Below are positions 47,632 to 57,896 of a stretch of 64,000 bases of DNA, piece after piece. Under the pieces are notes generated by a model. The model was not told the origin of the DNA, did not search any database, and worked only from the letters and a program-made list of their open reading frames with translations. The first letter of the stretch is position 1; each line of letters begins with the position of its first letter. The stretch comes from Escherichia phage vB_EcoM_NBG2, in the sequence record NC_054925.1; one strand, written 5' to 3'. A program made the translations under genes and the position numbers.

Positions 47632-48806
47632 TGAGTATGTTGCAACGCCCTGGATATCCAAATCTCAGCGTTAAATTATTTGATAGCTACGACGCTTGGA
47701 GTAATAATAGATTTGTTGAATTAGCTGCTACTATTACCACATTAACTATGCGGGATTCTCTTTATGGCCGAAATGAAGGAATGCTGCAGTTTTATGATTC
47801 TAAAAACATTCATACAAAAATGGATGGAAATGAAATAATTCAGATTTCTGTAGCTAATGCAAACGATATTAATAATGTTAAAACAAGAATTTATGGATGT
47901 AAGCATTTTTCTGTGTCAGTAGATTCAAAGGGTGATAACATCATTGCTATTGAATTGGGAACTATTCATTCTATAGAAAATCTTAAATTTGGCAGACCGT
48001 TTTTCCCTGATGCAGGTGAATCTATAAAGGAAATGCTTGGCGTCATTTATCAAGACCGCACATTATTAACTCCAGCAATAAATGCTATAAATGCTTATGT
48101 TCCTGATATTCCGTGGACTAGTACATTTGAAAACTATTTGTCATATGTCAGAGAAGTTGCTCTAGCTGTAGGAAGTGACAAATTTGTATTTGTATGGCAA
48201 GACATCATGGGAGTTAACATGATGGACTATGATATGATGATAAATCAAGAACCGTATCCAATGATTGTCGGTGAGCCATCTTTAATAGGTCAATTCATCC
48301 AAGAATTAAAATATCCATTGGCATATGATTTCGTTTGGTTGACTAAATCGAATCCTCACAAACGTGACCCAATGAAAAACGCTACTATCTATGCTCATTC
48401 ATTTTTAGATTCTTCATTGCCAATGATTACTACAGGAAAGGGCGAAAACTCTATTGTAGTGTCAAGGTCAGGTGCTTATTCTGAAATGACTTATAGGAAT
48501 GGATATGAAGAAGCTATTCGTCTTCAAACTATGGCGCAATACGATGGCTATGCTAAATGTTCTACTGTCGGTAATTTTAACTTGACACCTGGCGTTAAAA
48601 TTATTTTTAATGATAGTAAAAACCAATTTAAAACAGAATTTTACGTTGATGAAGTCATCCATGAATTATCCAATAATAATTCAGTAACTCATCTATATAT
48701 GTTCACTAATGCAACGAAACTGGAAACAATAGACCCAGTTAAGGTTAAAAATGAATTTAAATCTGATACTACCACTGAAGAAAGTAGTTCTTCCAATAAG
48801 CAATAA
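47631..48806 (+). CDS. 27: baseplate hub protein gp27, 391 aa
   Basis: Size and synteny. Confidence 0.85.
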   Translation: MSMLQRPGYPNLSVKLFDSYDAWSNNRFVELAATITTLTMRDSLYGRNEGMLQFYDSKNIHTKMDGNEIIQISVANANDINNVKTRIYGCKHFSVSVDSKGDNIIAIELGTIHSIENLKFGRPFFPDAGESIKEMLGVIYQDRTLLTPAINAINAYVPDIPWTSTFENYLSYVREVALAVGSDKFVFVWQDIMGVNMMDYDMMINQEPYPMIVGEPSLIGQFIQELKYPLAYDFVWLTKSNPHKRDPMKNATIYAHSFLDSSLPMITTGKGENSIVVSRSGAYSEMTYRNGYEEAIRLQTMAQYDGYAKCSTVGNFNLTPGVKIIFNDSKNQFKTEFYVDEVIHELSNNNSVTHLYMFTNATKLETIDPVKVKNEFKSDTTTEESSSSNKQ

Positions 48807-49284
48807 AGAAGTTTCTATTCCTAAAATGGGTCTTAAACATTATAACATTTTAAAAGATGTTAAAGGTCCTGATGAAAATTTAAAACTTCTTATTGATTCT
48901 ATTTGTCCGAATTTATCACCGGCAGAAGTTGATTTCGTTTCTATTCATTTATTGGAATTTAATGGAAAGATTAAATCTCGTAAAGAAATAGATGGTTATA
49001 CTTATGACATTAATGATGTTTATGTATGCCAAAGATTGGAATTTCAATACCAAGGAAATACATTTTATTTTAGACCGCCTGGAAAATTTGAACAATTTTT
49101 AACTGTGAGCGATATGTTATCCAAATGCTTGCTTAAGGTCAATGATGAAGTTAAAGAAATTAATTTTCTTGAGATGCCAGCATTCGTTTTAAAATGGGCA
49201 AATGATATTTTTACAACTTTAGCAATTCCTGGCCCTAATGGTCCAATAACCGGAATTGGCAATATTATTGGATTATTTGAATGA
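48751..49284 (+). CDS. 28: baseplate hub protein gp28, 177 aa
   Basis: Size and synteny; overlaps the gene 27 end. Confidence 0.8.
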   Translation: MNLNLILPLKKVVLPISNKEVSIPKMGLKHYNILKDVKGPDENLKLLIDSICPNLSPAEVDFVSIHLLEFNGKIKSRKEIDGYTYDINDVYVCQRLEFQYQGNTFYFRPPGKFEQFLTVSDMLSKCLLKVNDEVKEINFLEMPAFVLKWANDIFTTLAIPGPNGPITGIGNIIGLFE

Positions 49285-51053
49285 AAAAGCCACAAGAAAT
49301 GCAAACGATGCGTAGAAAAGTTATTTCAGATAATAAACCAACACAGGAAGCGGCTAAATCCGCTTCTAACACTTTATCTGGACTTAACGATATATCTACG
49401 AAATTGGATGATGCTCAAGCTGCTTCTGAATTAATTGCTCAAACGGTCGAAGAAAAATCAAATGAAATAATTGGAGCAATTGATAATGTAGAAAGCGCAG
49501 TGAGTGATACTACTGCCGGTTCTGAGTTAATTGCTGAAACTGTCGAAATTGGCAACAATATTAATAAAGAAATTGGTGAATCGCTCGGGAGCAAATTAGA
49601 TAAATTAACAAGTTTACTAGAGCAAAAAATTCAGACAGCTGGAATTCAACAGACGGGAACTAGTTTAGCCACGGTTGAAAGCGCTATTCCTGTTAAAGTT
49701 GTTGAGGATGATACAGCTGAATCTGTGGGTCCTTTATTACCGGCTCCTGAAGCAGTTAATAATGATCCTGATGCTGATTTTTTCCCTACCCCTCAGCCAG
49801 TTGAACCCAAACAAGAATCGCCAGAAGAAAAACAGAAAAAAGACGCATTTAACTTAAAATTATCTCAAGCTTTAGATAAATTAACAAAGACTGTTGATTT
49901 TGGATTTAAGAAATCCATTTCAATTACTGATAAAATATCAAGCATGTTATTTAAGTACACCGTCAGTGCTGCTATTGAAGCTGCTAAAATGACTGCAATG
50001 ATATTGGCTGTTGTTGTTGGAATAGACCTGTTGATGGTTCATTTTAAATATTGGTCAGATAAATTTTCACAGGCTTGGGATTTGTTTAGTACAGACTTTA
50101 CTAAATTCTCTAGCGAAACCGGAACATGGGGTCCTTTATTACAGAGCATCTTTGGTTCTATCGATGAAATTAAAAAATTCTGGGAAGCGGGAGATTGGGG
50201 TGGTTTGACGGTAGCTATTGTAGAAGGGCTTGGAAAGGTTCTTTATAATTTAGGTGAACTTATTCAGCTTGGAATGGCTAAATTATCTGCGGCAATTCTT
50301 CGAGTTATTCCTGGTATGAAGGATACCGCTGATGATGTAGAAGGAAGAGCACTAGAAAATTTCCAAAATACTACAAATGCTTCTCTTAGCAAAGAAGACC
50401 AAGAAAAAGTTGCAAATTATCAATATAAAAGAATGAATGGAGAACTTGGTCCGATAGCAAAAGGACTAGACAAAATTGCGAACTGGAAAACTCGCGCATC
50501 TAACTGGATTCGTGGTGTTGATAATAAAGAAGCACTAACGACTGATGAAGAGAGAGAAGAGGAAGAAGAAAAATTAAAGCAACTTTCTCCGGAGGAAGCT
50601 AAAATTGCTTTAATGAAAGCTAATGAAGCTCGTGCTGCTATGAATCGTTTTGATCAATATGCCGATTCAGCTGATATGAGTAAAGACTCAACAGTTAAAT
50701 CAGTTGAAGCTGCCTATGAAGACCTTAAAAAACGGATGGATGACCCGGATTTAAATAATTCACCGGCAGTTAAAAAAGAACTTGCTGCTAGATTTTCTAA
50801 AATTGATGCTACTTATCAAGAACTAAAGAAAAATCAACCTAATGCCAAACCTGAAACTTCTGCTAAATCGCCAGAAGCAAAACAAGTCCAGGTAATAGAA
50901 AAGAACAAAGCACAGCAAGCTCCTGTTCAACAAGCATCTCCTTCGATCAATAATACTAATAATGTTATTAAGAAAAATACTGTCGTTCATAATATGACAC
51001 CTGTTACGAGTACAACTGCTCCCGGTGTATTTGACGCGACTGGAGTTAATTAA
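49281..51053 (+). CDS. 29: tail length / baseplate hub protein gp29, 590 aa
   Basis: Size and synteny. Confidence 0.85.
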   Translation: MKKPQEMQTMRRKVISDNKPTQEAAKSASNTLSGLNDISTKLDDAQAASELIAQTVEEKSNEIIGAIDNVESAVSDTTAGSELIAETVEIGNNINKEIGESLGSKLDKLTSLLEQKIQTAGIQQTGTSLATVESAIPVKVVEDDTAESVGPLLPAPEAVNNDPDADFFPTPQPVEPKQESPEEKQKKDAFNLKLSQALDKLTKTVDFGFKKSISITDKISSMLFKYTVSAAIEAAKMTAMILAVVVGIDLLMVHFKYWSDKFSQAWDLFSTDFTKFSSETGTWGPLLQSIFGSIDEIKKFWEAGDWGGLTVAIVEGLGKVLYNLGELIQLGMAKLSAAILRVIPGMKDTADDVEGRALENFQNTTNASLSKEDQEKVANYQYKRMNGELGPIAKGLDKIANWKTRASNWIRGVDNKEALTTDEEREEEEEKLKQLSPEEAKIALMKANEARAAMNRFDQYADSADMSKDSTVKSVEAAYEDLKKRMDDPDLNNSPAVKKELAARFSKIDATYQELKKNQPNAKPETSAKSPEAKQVQVIEKNKAQQAPVQQASPSINNTNNVIKKNTVVHNMTPVTSTTAPGVFDATGVN

Positions 51054-51061
51054 GGAATAAT

Positions 51062-52156
51062 ATGGCAATTGTTAAAGAAATAACTGCTGATTTAATTAAA
51101 AAGTCCGGTGAGAAAATTTCAGCCGGACAGAGTACTAAATCAGAAGTAGGAACTAAAACATACACTGCCCAGTTTCCAACTGGGCGTGCTAGTGGTAATG
51201 ACACTACAGGGGACTTCCAGGTAACAGATCTATATAAGAATGGATTATTATTTACTGCATACAATATGTCATCTAGGGATTCTGGAAGTCTTAGATCGAT
51301 GAGATCTAACTACTCTTCTTCATCTTCGAGTATTTTACGTACAGCCAGAAACACTATCAGTAATACAGTATCAAAACTGTCAAATGGATTAATATCAGAT
51401 AATAATTCAGGAACAATAAGTAAAGCTCCTGTGGCAAACATTCTTTTACCGAGATCTAAATCTGACGTTGATACATCATCACATAGATTTAATGATGTTC
51501 AAGAAAGTCTTATCAGTAGAGGCGGAGGAACTGCTACTGGTGTGCTAAGTAATATTGCTTCAACTGCAGTATTTGGAGCACTGGAAAGTATAACACAAGG
51601 TATAATGGCTGATAATAATGAACAGATTTATACTACAGCCAGAAGTATGTATGGTGGTGCTGAGAATAGAACTAAAGTGTTTACATGGGATTTGACTCCA
51701 CGTTCAACAGAAGATTTAATGGCTATTATTAATATCTATCAATATTTTAACTATTTTTCTTATGGTGAAACGGGTAAATCTCAATATGCTGCTGAAATAA
51801 AGGGGTATTTAGATGATTGGTATCGTTCTACGTTAATTGAACCTTTATCTCCGGAAGACGCAGCTAAAAATAAAACACTATTTGAGAAAATGACATCGAG
51901 TTTAACTAACGTCCTAGTAGTTTCAAACCCGACAATTTGGATGGTGAAAAACTTTGGTGCAACATCTAAGTTTGATGGAAAAACTGAAATATTTGGTCCA
52001 TGCCAAATACAAAGCATCAGATTTGATAAAACGCCTAATGGTAACTTTAACGGATTAGCTATTGCTCCAAACCTCCCTAGTACATTTACTCTTGAGATTA
52101 CTATGAGAGAAATTATCACGTTAAACCGTGCTTCTTTATATGCGGGGACTTTTTAA
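51062..52156 (+). CDS. 48: baseplate-tail tube junction protein gp48, 364 aa
   Basis: Size and synteny. Confidence 0.85.
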   Translation: MAIVKEITADLIKKSGEKISAGQSTKSEVGTKTYTAQFPTGRASGNDTTGDFQVTDLYKNGLLFTAYNMSSRDSGSLRSMRSNYSSSSSSILRTARNTISNTVSKLSNGLISDNNSGTISKAPVANILLPRSKSDVDTSSHRFNDVQESLISRGGGTATGVLSNIASTAVFGALESITQGIMADNNEQIYTTARSMYGGAENRTKVFTWDLTPRSTEDLMAIINIYQYFNYFSYGETGKSQYAAEIKGYLDDWYRSTLIEPLSPEDAAKNKTLFEKMTSSLTNVLVVSNPTIWMVKNFGATSKFDGKTEIFGPCQIQSIRFDKTPNGNFNGLAIAPNLPSTFTLEITMREIITLNRASLYAGTF

Positions 52157-53121
52157 TGTATTCTTTAGAGGAATTTAATAATCAAGCAATAAACGCAGAT
52201 TTCCAACGTAATAATATGTTTAGCTGCGTTTTTGCGACAACTCCATCAACTAAAAGCTCTTCGTTGATAAGTTCAATTAGCAACTTTTCTTATAATAACT
52301 TGGGCCTAAATTCAGATTGGTTAGGATTGACTCAAGGTGATATTAATCAGGGAATTACCACGCTAATTACAGCTGGCACACAAAAACTGATAAGAAAATC
52401 AGGGGTTAGTAAATATCTTATTGGTGCCATGAGTCAACGTACAGTTCAAAGTTTATTGGGCTCATTTACAGTTGGTACATATTTAATTGACTTCTTTAAC
52501 ATGGCATATAACTCATCTGGATTGATGATATATTCCGTAAAAATGCCAGAGAATAGATTATCCTATGAAACTGACTGGAACTATAATTCTCCTAATATTC
52601 GTATAACTGGGAGAGAATTAGACCCTTTGGTTATTTCATTTAGAATGGATTCAGAAGCATGTAATTATCGTGCGATGCAAGACTGGGTTAACGCTGTTCA
52701 AGACCCAGTAACTGGATTACGCGCTTTGCCACAAGATGTCGAGGCAGACATTCAGGTTAATCTTCATGCTCGCAATGGATTGCCTCATACTGCAGTGATG
52801 TTCACCGGATGCATTCCAGTGTCAGTGAGCGCTCCTGAGTTATCATATGATGGAGATAACCAAATAACTACATTTGATGTTACTTTTGCGTATAGAGTCA
52901 TGCAGGCTGGAGCAGTTGATAGACAAGCTGCGCTTGAATGGCTTGAATCTGCTGCTATAAACGGTATTCAAAGCGTTCTCGGAAATAGCGGAGGCGTTAC
53001 TGGACTATCTAATTCGCTTTCACGACTTAGTAGATTAGGAGGAACTGCTGGAAGCATTTCAAACATTAATACTATGACGGGAATTGTCAACTCGCAAAGT
53101 AAAATATTAGGAGCAATATAA
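52156..53121 (+). CDS. 54: baseplate-tail tube initiator gp54, 321 aa
   Basis: Size and synteny. Confidence 0.85.
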   Translation: MYSLEEFNNQAINADFQRNNMFSCVFATTPSTKSSSLISSISNFSYNNLGLNSDWLGLTQGDINQGITTLITAGTQKLIRKSGVSKYLIGAMSQRTVQSLLGSFTVGTYLIDFFNMAYNSSGLMIYSVKMPENRLSYETDWNYNSPNIRITGRELDPLVISFRMDSEACNYRAMQDWVNAVQDPVTGLRALPQDVEADIQVNLHARNGLPHTAVMFTGCIPVSVSAPELSYDGDNQITTFDVTFAYRVMQAGAVDRQAALEWLESAAINGIQSVLGNSGGVTGLSNSLSRLSRLGGTAGSISNINTMTGIVNSQSKILGAI

Positions 53122-53123
53122 CA

Positions 53124-53154
53124 ATGGGGACCTTTCGGTCCCCATGTTTTTATT
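53124..53154 (+). terminator. intrinsic terminator after gene 54 (9-bp stem AUGGGGACC...GGUCCCCAU plus U-rich tail)
   Basis: Stem followed by gtttttattt. Confidence 0.6.
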
Positions 53155-53440
53155 TACGGAATGAAATAAAAGCAGCAACTGAAGCAACTAAACTGTCTTC
53201 AATATAAACTTCAATTTTTACCGGAGCTTCTGACTCAAATTTGCCTGTTACTACACCTTGGAAAATGCTTTCAGTCTGTTCTGGCTTTGAAAAATTTTCA
53301 GAAGGAAAAATTCCGAACTTTTTATCTGTTCCAAAAATTTTGATAAATTCATCATAAACTGCTTCATTAAAAGCGTTATCAGCAGGAATAACGCCTTCAA
53401 CTACAAGTTCTTGACCTAAAAAGCGCAAAGAAGATTTCAT
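53150..53440 (-). CDS. hypothetical protein, 96 aa, downstream of the alt genes
   Basis: GAGGAA RBS; early-type promoter immediately upstream. Confidence 0.5.
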   Translation of the reverse strand: MKSSLRFLGQELVVEGVIPADNAFNEAVYDEFIKIFGTDKKFGIFPSENFSKPEQTESIFQGVVTGKFESEAPVKIEVYIEDSLVASVAAFISFRK

Positions 53441-53470
53441 TTTGTGTTCCTCATGTTATGTCAGTAAGTT

Positions 53471-53500
53471 TACTATAACACAACACGAGGGACTTGTAAA
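53471..53500 (-). promoter_or_regulatory. T4 early-type promoter (GTTTAC-N18-TATAGT) on minus strand
   Basis: Plus strand gtaaac 53495-53500 and actata 53471-53476. Confidence 0.45.
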
Positions 53501-55558
53501 CTACATTTTGAACTTTTTAGACATTCCGTTAATATTAACCAAAGAAGCCAAGATTTGAGAAACTTCGTTTTCCTCTTCTTTTGATTCTTCTACAAGGAAT
53601 TGATTAAATCCAGTCATTGGACGAACTTCACCAGTTTCCATTAGATGGTCGCCATCATATACCGATTCTTCTAATTGTTCAGAAGGAGGAACGATTGTGC
53701 CTTCGATTAGATACTTGTTATAAGCAGTTTCTTTCATCATGTACGTACTCACTTTATTAATCTTCAGCAAAATTCCACGTGGTAAAATAACTTCAGCTTC
53801 TGATGGAAATCCTGATAAATGACCCGGAACGATAACTTTGATTCGCTCAGCTCCTTTAATTACCATACCTACGCTAGTTTCAGCATCTTCATTCGCATAA
53901 GCAGAGTGACTGCCCATATGCATCAAATCTTCTGCGTCAACTGAACCTTCTCCTTCACCAGAAAATACTGCACTGGAATCATCTAGGGCCATATAGTTTT
54001 TACCATACTCACCGAAGATATTTGGTTTAAGCGATGTGGATACGAAGTTCTTGAAATAGAACATTTTATTTTCAATATTATGACGTAAAGTTTTAAAGGT
54101 AACTTCTTGGCCACGGTAAAGCGTAGTTCCTGGAGGAAGAACTGATCCTTTGGCAAAGGCAGAATCCATTGTCTCGATGTGTTTAATAGCTCGTTCCATA
54201 TATTCTTCACGGGTAGAATCCGGTTTACCTAAAAGGAACGAGTTCATTTCAACATATGAATCTGCACAATAATCTTCAATTACATCAGACTCAGCTTGAG
54301 TTAATCCTTTTGGAGTTACTTCAGTACTTGCATATTCATACGCTTGAGAAGCAGACTCATTAATCAATTTATAAACGCCATTCATGACAAATTGAACAAT
54401 AGCTACCTTTTCATCTGGTGTGGCTTTAGAACCTTTAACTAAATCATTGACAATTTTCTTAATAACATCAAAGCTATTAGAAATATTAATGTCAGCAAGA
54501 TCGCTTAAAATTTTATCAGTTTTATAATCAAAAAATTCTTTATTCTTTAAATATTCTTGAGAACCTTGATATGTTATATCGCTCTGTAACTTGATAGATG
54601 GATCACGTAAACGCGCATGAGCCAATGCAATATGATTTCGGAAGCTTTCTAATTCATAATCACTAGATTTAAAACGGGAAGCACTTCTCATACCACCGAT
54701 AGCTCCTTTGCTGAAGTTTGAACCAACCTGAATAACGCCAGAGTTCATTGGTCCTTCTGCTTTATATACCGGAACTTTAGATTCAAACTCTTGATATTTC
54801 TTAGCAGCGAAGCTATCACCCTGAAGTGAAGCATCGACAGTAGAATATTGAGCTTGTGCTGCTAACCGACGACTAATTTTAGTTTTCTGAATAACAGCTT
54901 GATCCGTGCGCTTATCGTTTTCTAAAGCAATAGAAGCAGCAACAGCAACAGCTTTAGGAACAGCATTACCTGTTTTAACATCTATATAAACATCACCAAC
55001 CTTTGATTCAACTTTTGTGAATAACTCAGTTGAAATAGGAGGTACACCTGGAATGTCTTCTAAATTAGCATTTTTACGGTAAACCATAATATATGCGTAC
55101 TTTTTATCGTAATCCCAGATTTCCTTTAAAAGAACATATCGACCTGCTCCTTTAGTACGTACTAAACGGTCGGCAATAACTTGCATTTGACGAGCTGCAC
55201 CATTTGTTTTACTCTTTAGTACGCGGAATAAGCATGCGTCAATTTTGTATTGTTTCATTGTCTGAAGAGCAGTATCAAAAACCGCATTAATGACACCAAT
55301 TGGATTTCCACCCAAGTTTTTAAGTTTAACTAATGATAGTTTTTCATTGACCCCTATCATTACGATATGCATCATTTTATCGCCTGGCTTAACGTTTTTA
55401 TTTGTATCACCGCCAGAGGTGTATGTACAAAATCTAAATCCAGGAAGCACGCTTTCTTCACCGGCTTGAATAGCAAAAATTTGAGGTATTTTATGCTTAG
55501 GATTTAAGTTAACAACCGGCGCCGAAGCGCCGTCAAATAATTCTGTAATAAGTTCCAT
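53501..55558 (-). CDS. Alt-family ADP-ribosyltransferase paralog, 685 aa
   Basis: N-terminal ~270 aa closely similar to the adjacent alt gene; C-terminal R-S-E type motifs (YRGQ, FVSTSL, SEAEVILPRG). Confidence 0.8.
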   Translation of the reverse strand: MELITELFDGASAPVVNLNPKHKIPQIFAIQAGEESVLPGFRFCTYTSGGDTNKNVKPGDKMMHIVMIGVNEKLSLVKLKNLGGNPIGVINAVFDTALQTMKQYKIDACLFRVLKSKTNGAARQMQVIADRLVRTKGAGRYVLLKEIWDYDKKYAYIMVYRKNANLEDIPGVPPISTELFTKVESKVGDVYIDVKTGNAVPKAVAVAASIALENDKRTDQAVIQKTKISRRLAAQAQYSTVDASLQGDSFAAKKYQEFESKVPVYKAEGPMNSGVIQVGSNFSKGAIGGMRSASRFKSSDYELESFRNHIALAHARLRDPSIKLQSDITYQGSQEYLKNKEFFDYKTDKILSDLADINISNSFDVIKKIVNDLVKGSKATPDEKVAIVQFVMNGVYKLINESASQAYEYASTEVTPKGLTQAESDVIEDYCADSYVEMNSFLLGKPDSTREEYMERAIKHIETMDSAFAKGSVLPPGTTLYRGQEVTFKTLRHNIENKMFYFKNFVSTSLKPNIFGEYGKNYMALDDSSAVFSGEGEGSVDAEDLMHMGSHSAYANEDAETSVGMVIKGAERIKVIVPGHLSGFPSEAEVILPRGILLKINKVSTYMMKETAYNKYLIEGTIVPPSEQLEESVYDGDHLMETGEVRPMTGFNQFLVEESKEEENEVSQILASLVNINGMSKKFKM

Positions 55559-55561
55559 GAT

Positions 55562-57658
55562 TTATCCTTGAACGAACTTGTAAGGCATGTTTGTAATATC
55601 TATGCAAGACGCAATAATTCCAAGAGATGATTCTACTTTCTGTTTAACATTTGATGAAACAAATGATGCAAAGTCAACTCTGTCTTCTATTTCAATATCA
55701 TCTGTCATTGCAACTACTTCACCCGTTTCCATTAGACGGTCACCGTCATAAATTACTGATTCGGTGAGTTCTTCCGTAGTCATAACTTCAGCTTGAATGA
55801 GTTTTGTATTATTAGATGTTGTTCCGTCATTATTAGAAGCATCAGTTATTTTATTAACTTTGACCATCAATCCGCGCGGTAGAATAACTTCAGCTTCAGT
55901 TGCTATTCCGAGACTTCCTGGATATACAACATTAACTTTATGAGCTCCATCAATTGCCCATCCTATTTGAACTTTAACGTATTCAGGATTTTCTTTATAC
56001 GCTCTTATTTCGTTTGGATTAATAGTTATTCCTTCTTCATTTTTATCAACTGTTAATTCATTACGAGCTTCTGGTTCTAAAAGACCGATACCAGCATGTG
56101 TAATTCCAAAACGTCCAAAAATGATAGGAGTTAAAGAAGTAGATACAAAATTTCTGAAATAGAACACTTTATTTTTAACTAGCGCTTCGTATATAGGAGC
56201 AGTCATACTTTGAGCACGATAAACTGTAATGCCCTCTGGTATACGGTCACCATTTTCAAAAGCTGAATCTAAATTATTTATCGCAGATTCAATTTCTTTT
56301 TCACTCATTACATCATATCGTTCTGGATTGTAGCGGCCTAAAAGAAGATTATTGATGTCAGTATATCCTGATCCACAATACTCTCTAATGCCGCGCTTTT
56401 GCGATGGAGTATATTTAGAACCATCACGTGCAATGGTAATATCAATCATTGGACCTGCACCAATTCCAGAAAAGCTATAAATCATTCGTTTGAGGAATTT
56501 AGTTTTTGCTGCGTTCCAGGAATTTTTAGTTATTTCTTCCCAGACTTCATCTGGCTGCCCTTTACGAGTTTTATTATGTTTATCAAGCCAATTATCTTTA
56601 TATTCTTCAAATAATTGATTAACAGCTGCTGCGTATTTCTCTAAACATTTTATTGAAGTAGTTGGTTCATTTTTAATCGCATTAAGAATTACATCTTTAA
56701 TTTTTTCAGAAACTTCATTAACCTCACTTTTTGAAAAGAATTTATAGTCATAGTGAAGTTCATCTGCGGTTCCTTCGGCAATAATTTTTGCTGCCTTAGT
56801 TTTAGAAGCTAATGAATTAATTCCAAGCTTCATTTCTTCTGCTTCGGGAATTAAAGGAGCTGTAGCAGGTTTATTGAAATTAGCTGCGGTAGATTCATAT
56901 TTCTGGAATAATTCGCTTTCAAATCTAGAAGATTCTAATGACTGACTTTGTGCAATTGCTCTACGGGAAATTTTAACTTTAACGATAACAGCTTGGTCAG
57001 AGCGTTTATCATTTTCTTGTGCAATAGATGCTGCAATTGCCTCATTTTTAGTTACTTGAGCTCCAGTATCTTTATTGATATAAACATCGCCGACTTTCGA
57101 TTCAACCTTAGTAAAGAGCTCGGTACTAATTTCAGGAACTCCTGGAATGTCTTCTAGTGATACATTTTTGCGATGTATAAGAATATATGCGTACTTTTTA
57201 TCATAATCCCAGAGTTCCTTAAGAAGGACGTATCTGCCACCTGAACGACTACGGATAAGTCTATCAGCAATAACTTGAATTTGTCGAGCTTGACCAGCAG
57301 TTTTAGACTTAAGAATACGAAGCATACAGGCATCAATTTTATACTGACGCATCGTCTGCATTGCAACAGTAAAAACTGAATTGATGTAATTAATTGGGCT
57401 TGGACCGAGACCTTTTAATTTAGCAATTGAACCTTTAGCAGTTAATGTAAAAGGAACAATATGCATCATTTTATCGCCCATTTTTAAATCGCGATTAGTA
57501 TCACCTCCAGATGTATAGGTACATAAACGAAAGCCTGGTTGTTCAATTGCATCATCAACATGAACTGAAAAAATTTGTGGTATTTTCTTCTTTGGATTTA
57601 AGTTTGTAATCGGAAGAGTAGTATCTTCGTCAAATAATTCTGTAATGAGTTCCATCAT
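55562..57658 (-). CDS. alt: ADP-ribosyltransferase Alt, 698 aa
   Basis: R-S-E type motifs (YRAQ, FVSTSL, TEAEVILPRG); size and position next to DNA ligase. Confidence 0.85.
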   Translation of the reverse strand: MMELITELFDEDTTLPITNLNPKKKIPQIFSVHVDDAIEQPGFRLCTYTSGGDTNRDLKMGDKMMHIVPFTLTAKGSIAKLKGLGPSPINYINSVFTVAMQTMRQYKIDACMLRILKSKTAGQARQIQVIADRLIRSRSGGRYVLLKELWDYDKKYAYILIHRKNVSLEDIPGVPEISTELFTKVESKVGDVYINKDTGAQVTKNEAIAASIAQENDKRSDQAVIVKVKISRRAIAQSQSLESSRFESELFQKYESTAANFNKPATAPLIPEAEEMKLGINSLASKTKAAKIIAEGTADELHYDYKFFSKSEVNEVSEKIKDVILNAIKNEPTTSIKCLEKYAAAVNQLFEEYKDNWLDKHNKTRKGQPDEVWEEITKNSWNAAKTKFLKRMIYSFSGIGAGPMIDITIARDGSKYTPSQKRGIREYCGSGYTDINNLLLGRYNPERYDVMSEKEIESAINNLDSAFENGDRIPEGITVYRAQSMTAPIYEALVKNKVFYFRNFVSTSLTPIIFGRFGITHAGIGLLEPEARNELTVDKNEEGITINPNEIRAYKENPEYVKVQIGWAIDGAHKVNVVYPGSLGIATEAEVILPRGLMVKVNKITDASNNDGTTSNNTKLIQAEVMTTEELTESVIYDGDRLMETGEVVAMTDDIEIEDRVDFASFVSSNVKQKVESSLGIIASCIDITNMPYKFVQG

Positions 57659-57678
57659 ATCCTCTCTAGTGTTTATTC

Positions 57679-57686
57679 TATTTATA
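57679..57686 (-). promoter_or_regulatory. T4 late promoter TATAAATA on minus strand upstream of alt
   Basis: Plus strand tatttata, 21 nt upstream of the ATG at 57658. Confidence 0.5.
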
Positions 57687-57692
57687 AAATTA

Positions 57693-57708
57693 AAGGCCCG
57701 AAGGCCTT
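57693..57708 (-). terminator. stem-loop AAGGCC-UUCG-GGCCUU on minus transcript
   Basis: Seen directly; followed by U-rich sequence. Confidence 0.45.
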
Positions 57709-57896
57709 TAATAATCTAGTGGTAAGAGAGTACGATATATTTCAAACTTTGGACCTTTTTCGTAGGCATCAAATGTTTCTGTAAATTTATTATAAGCATA
57801 TGCATCTACAAATTCGAGAATGACTTGTGATACCGAAGTAGAAACATCTCCACCTTCTTTTTGAGCAACGACAATTGTTTCTAAGTAAGCTTTCAT
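57708..57896 (-). CDS. hypothetical protein, 62 aa
   Basis: Complete ORF overlapping the ligase stop. Confidence 0.45.
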   Translation of the reverse strand: MKAYLETIVVAQKEGGDVSTSVSQVILEFVDAYAYNKFTETFDAYEKGPKFEIYRTLLPLDY

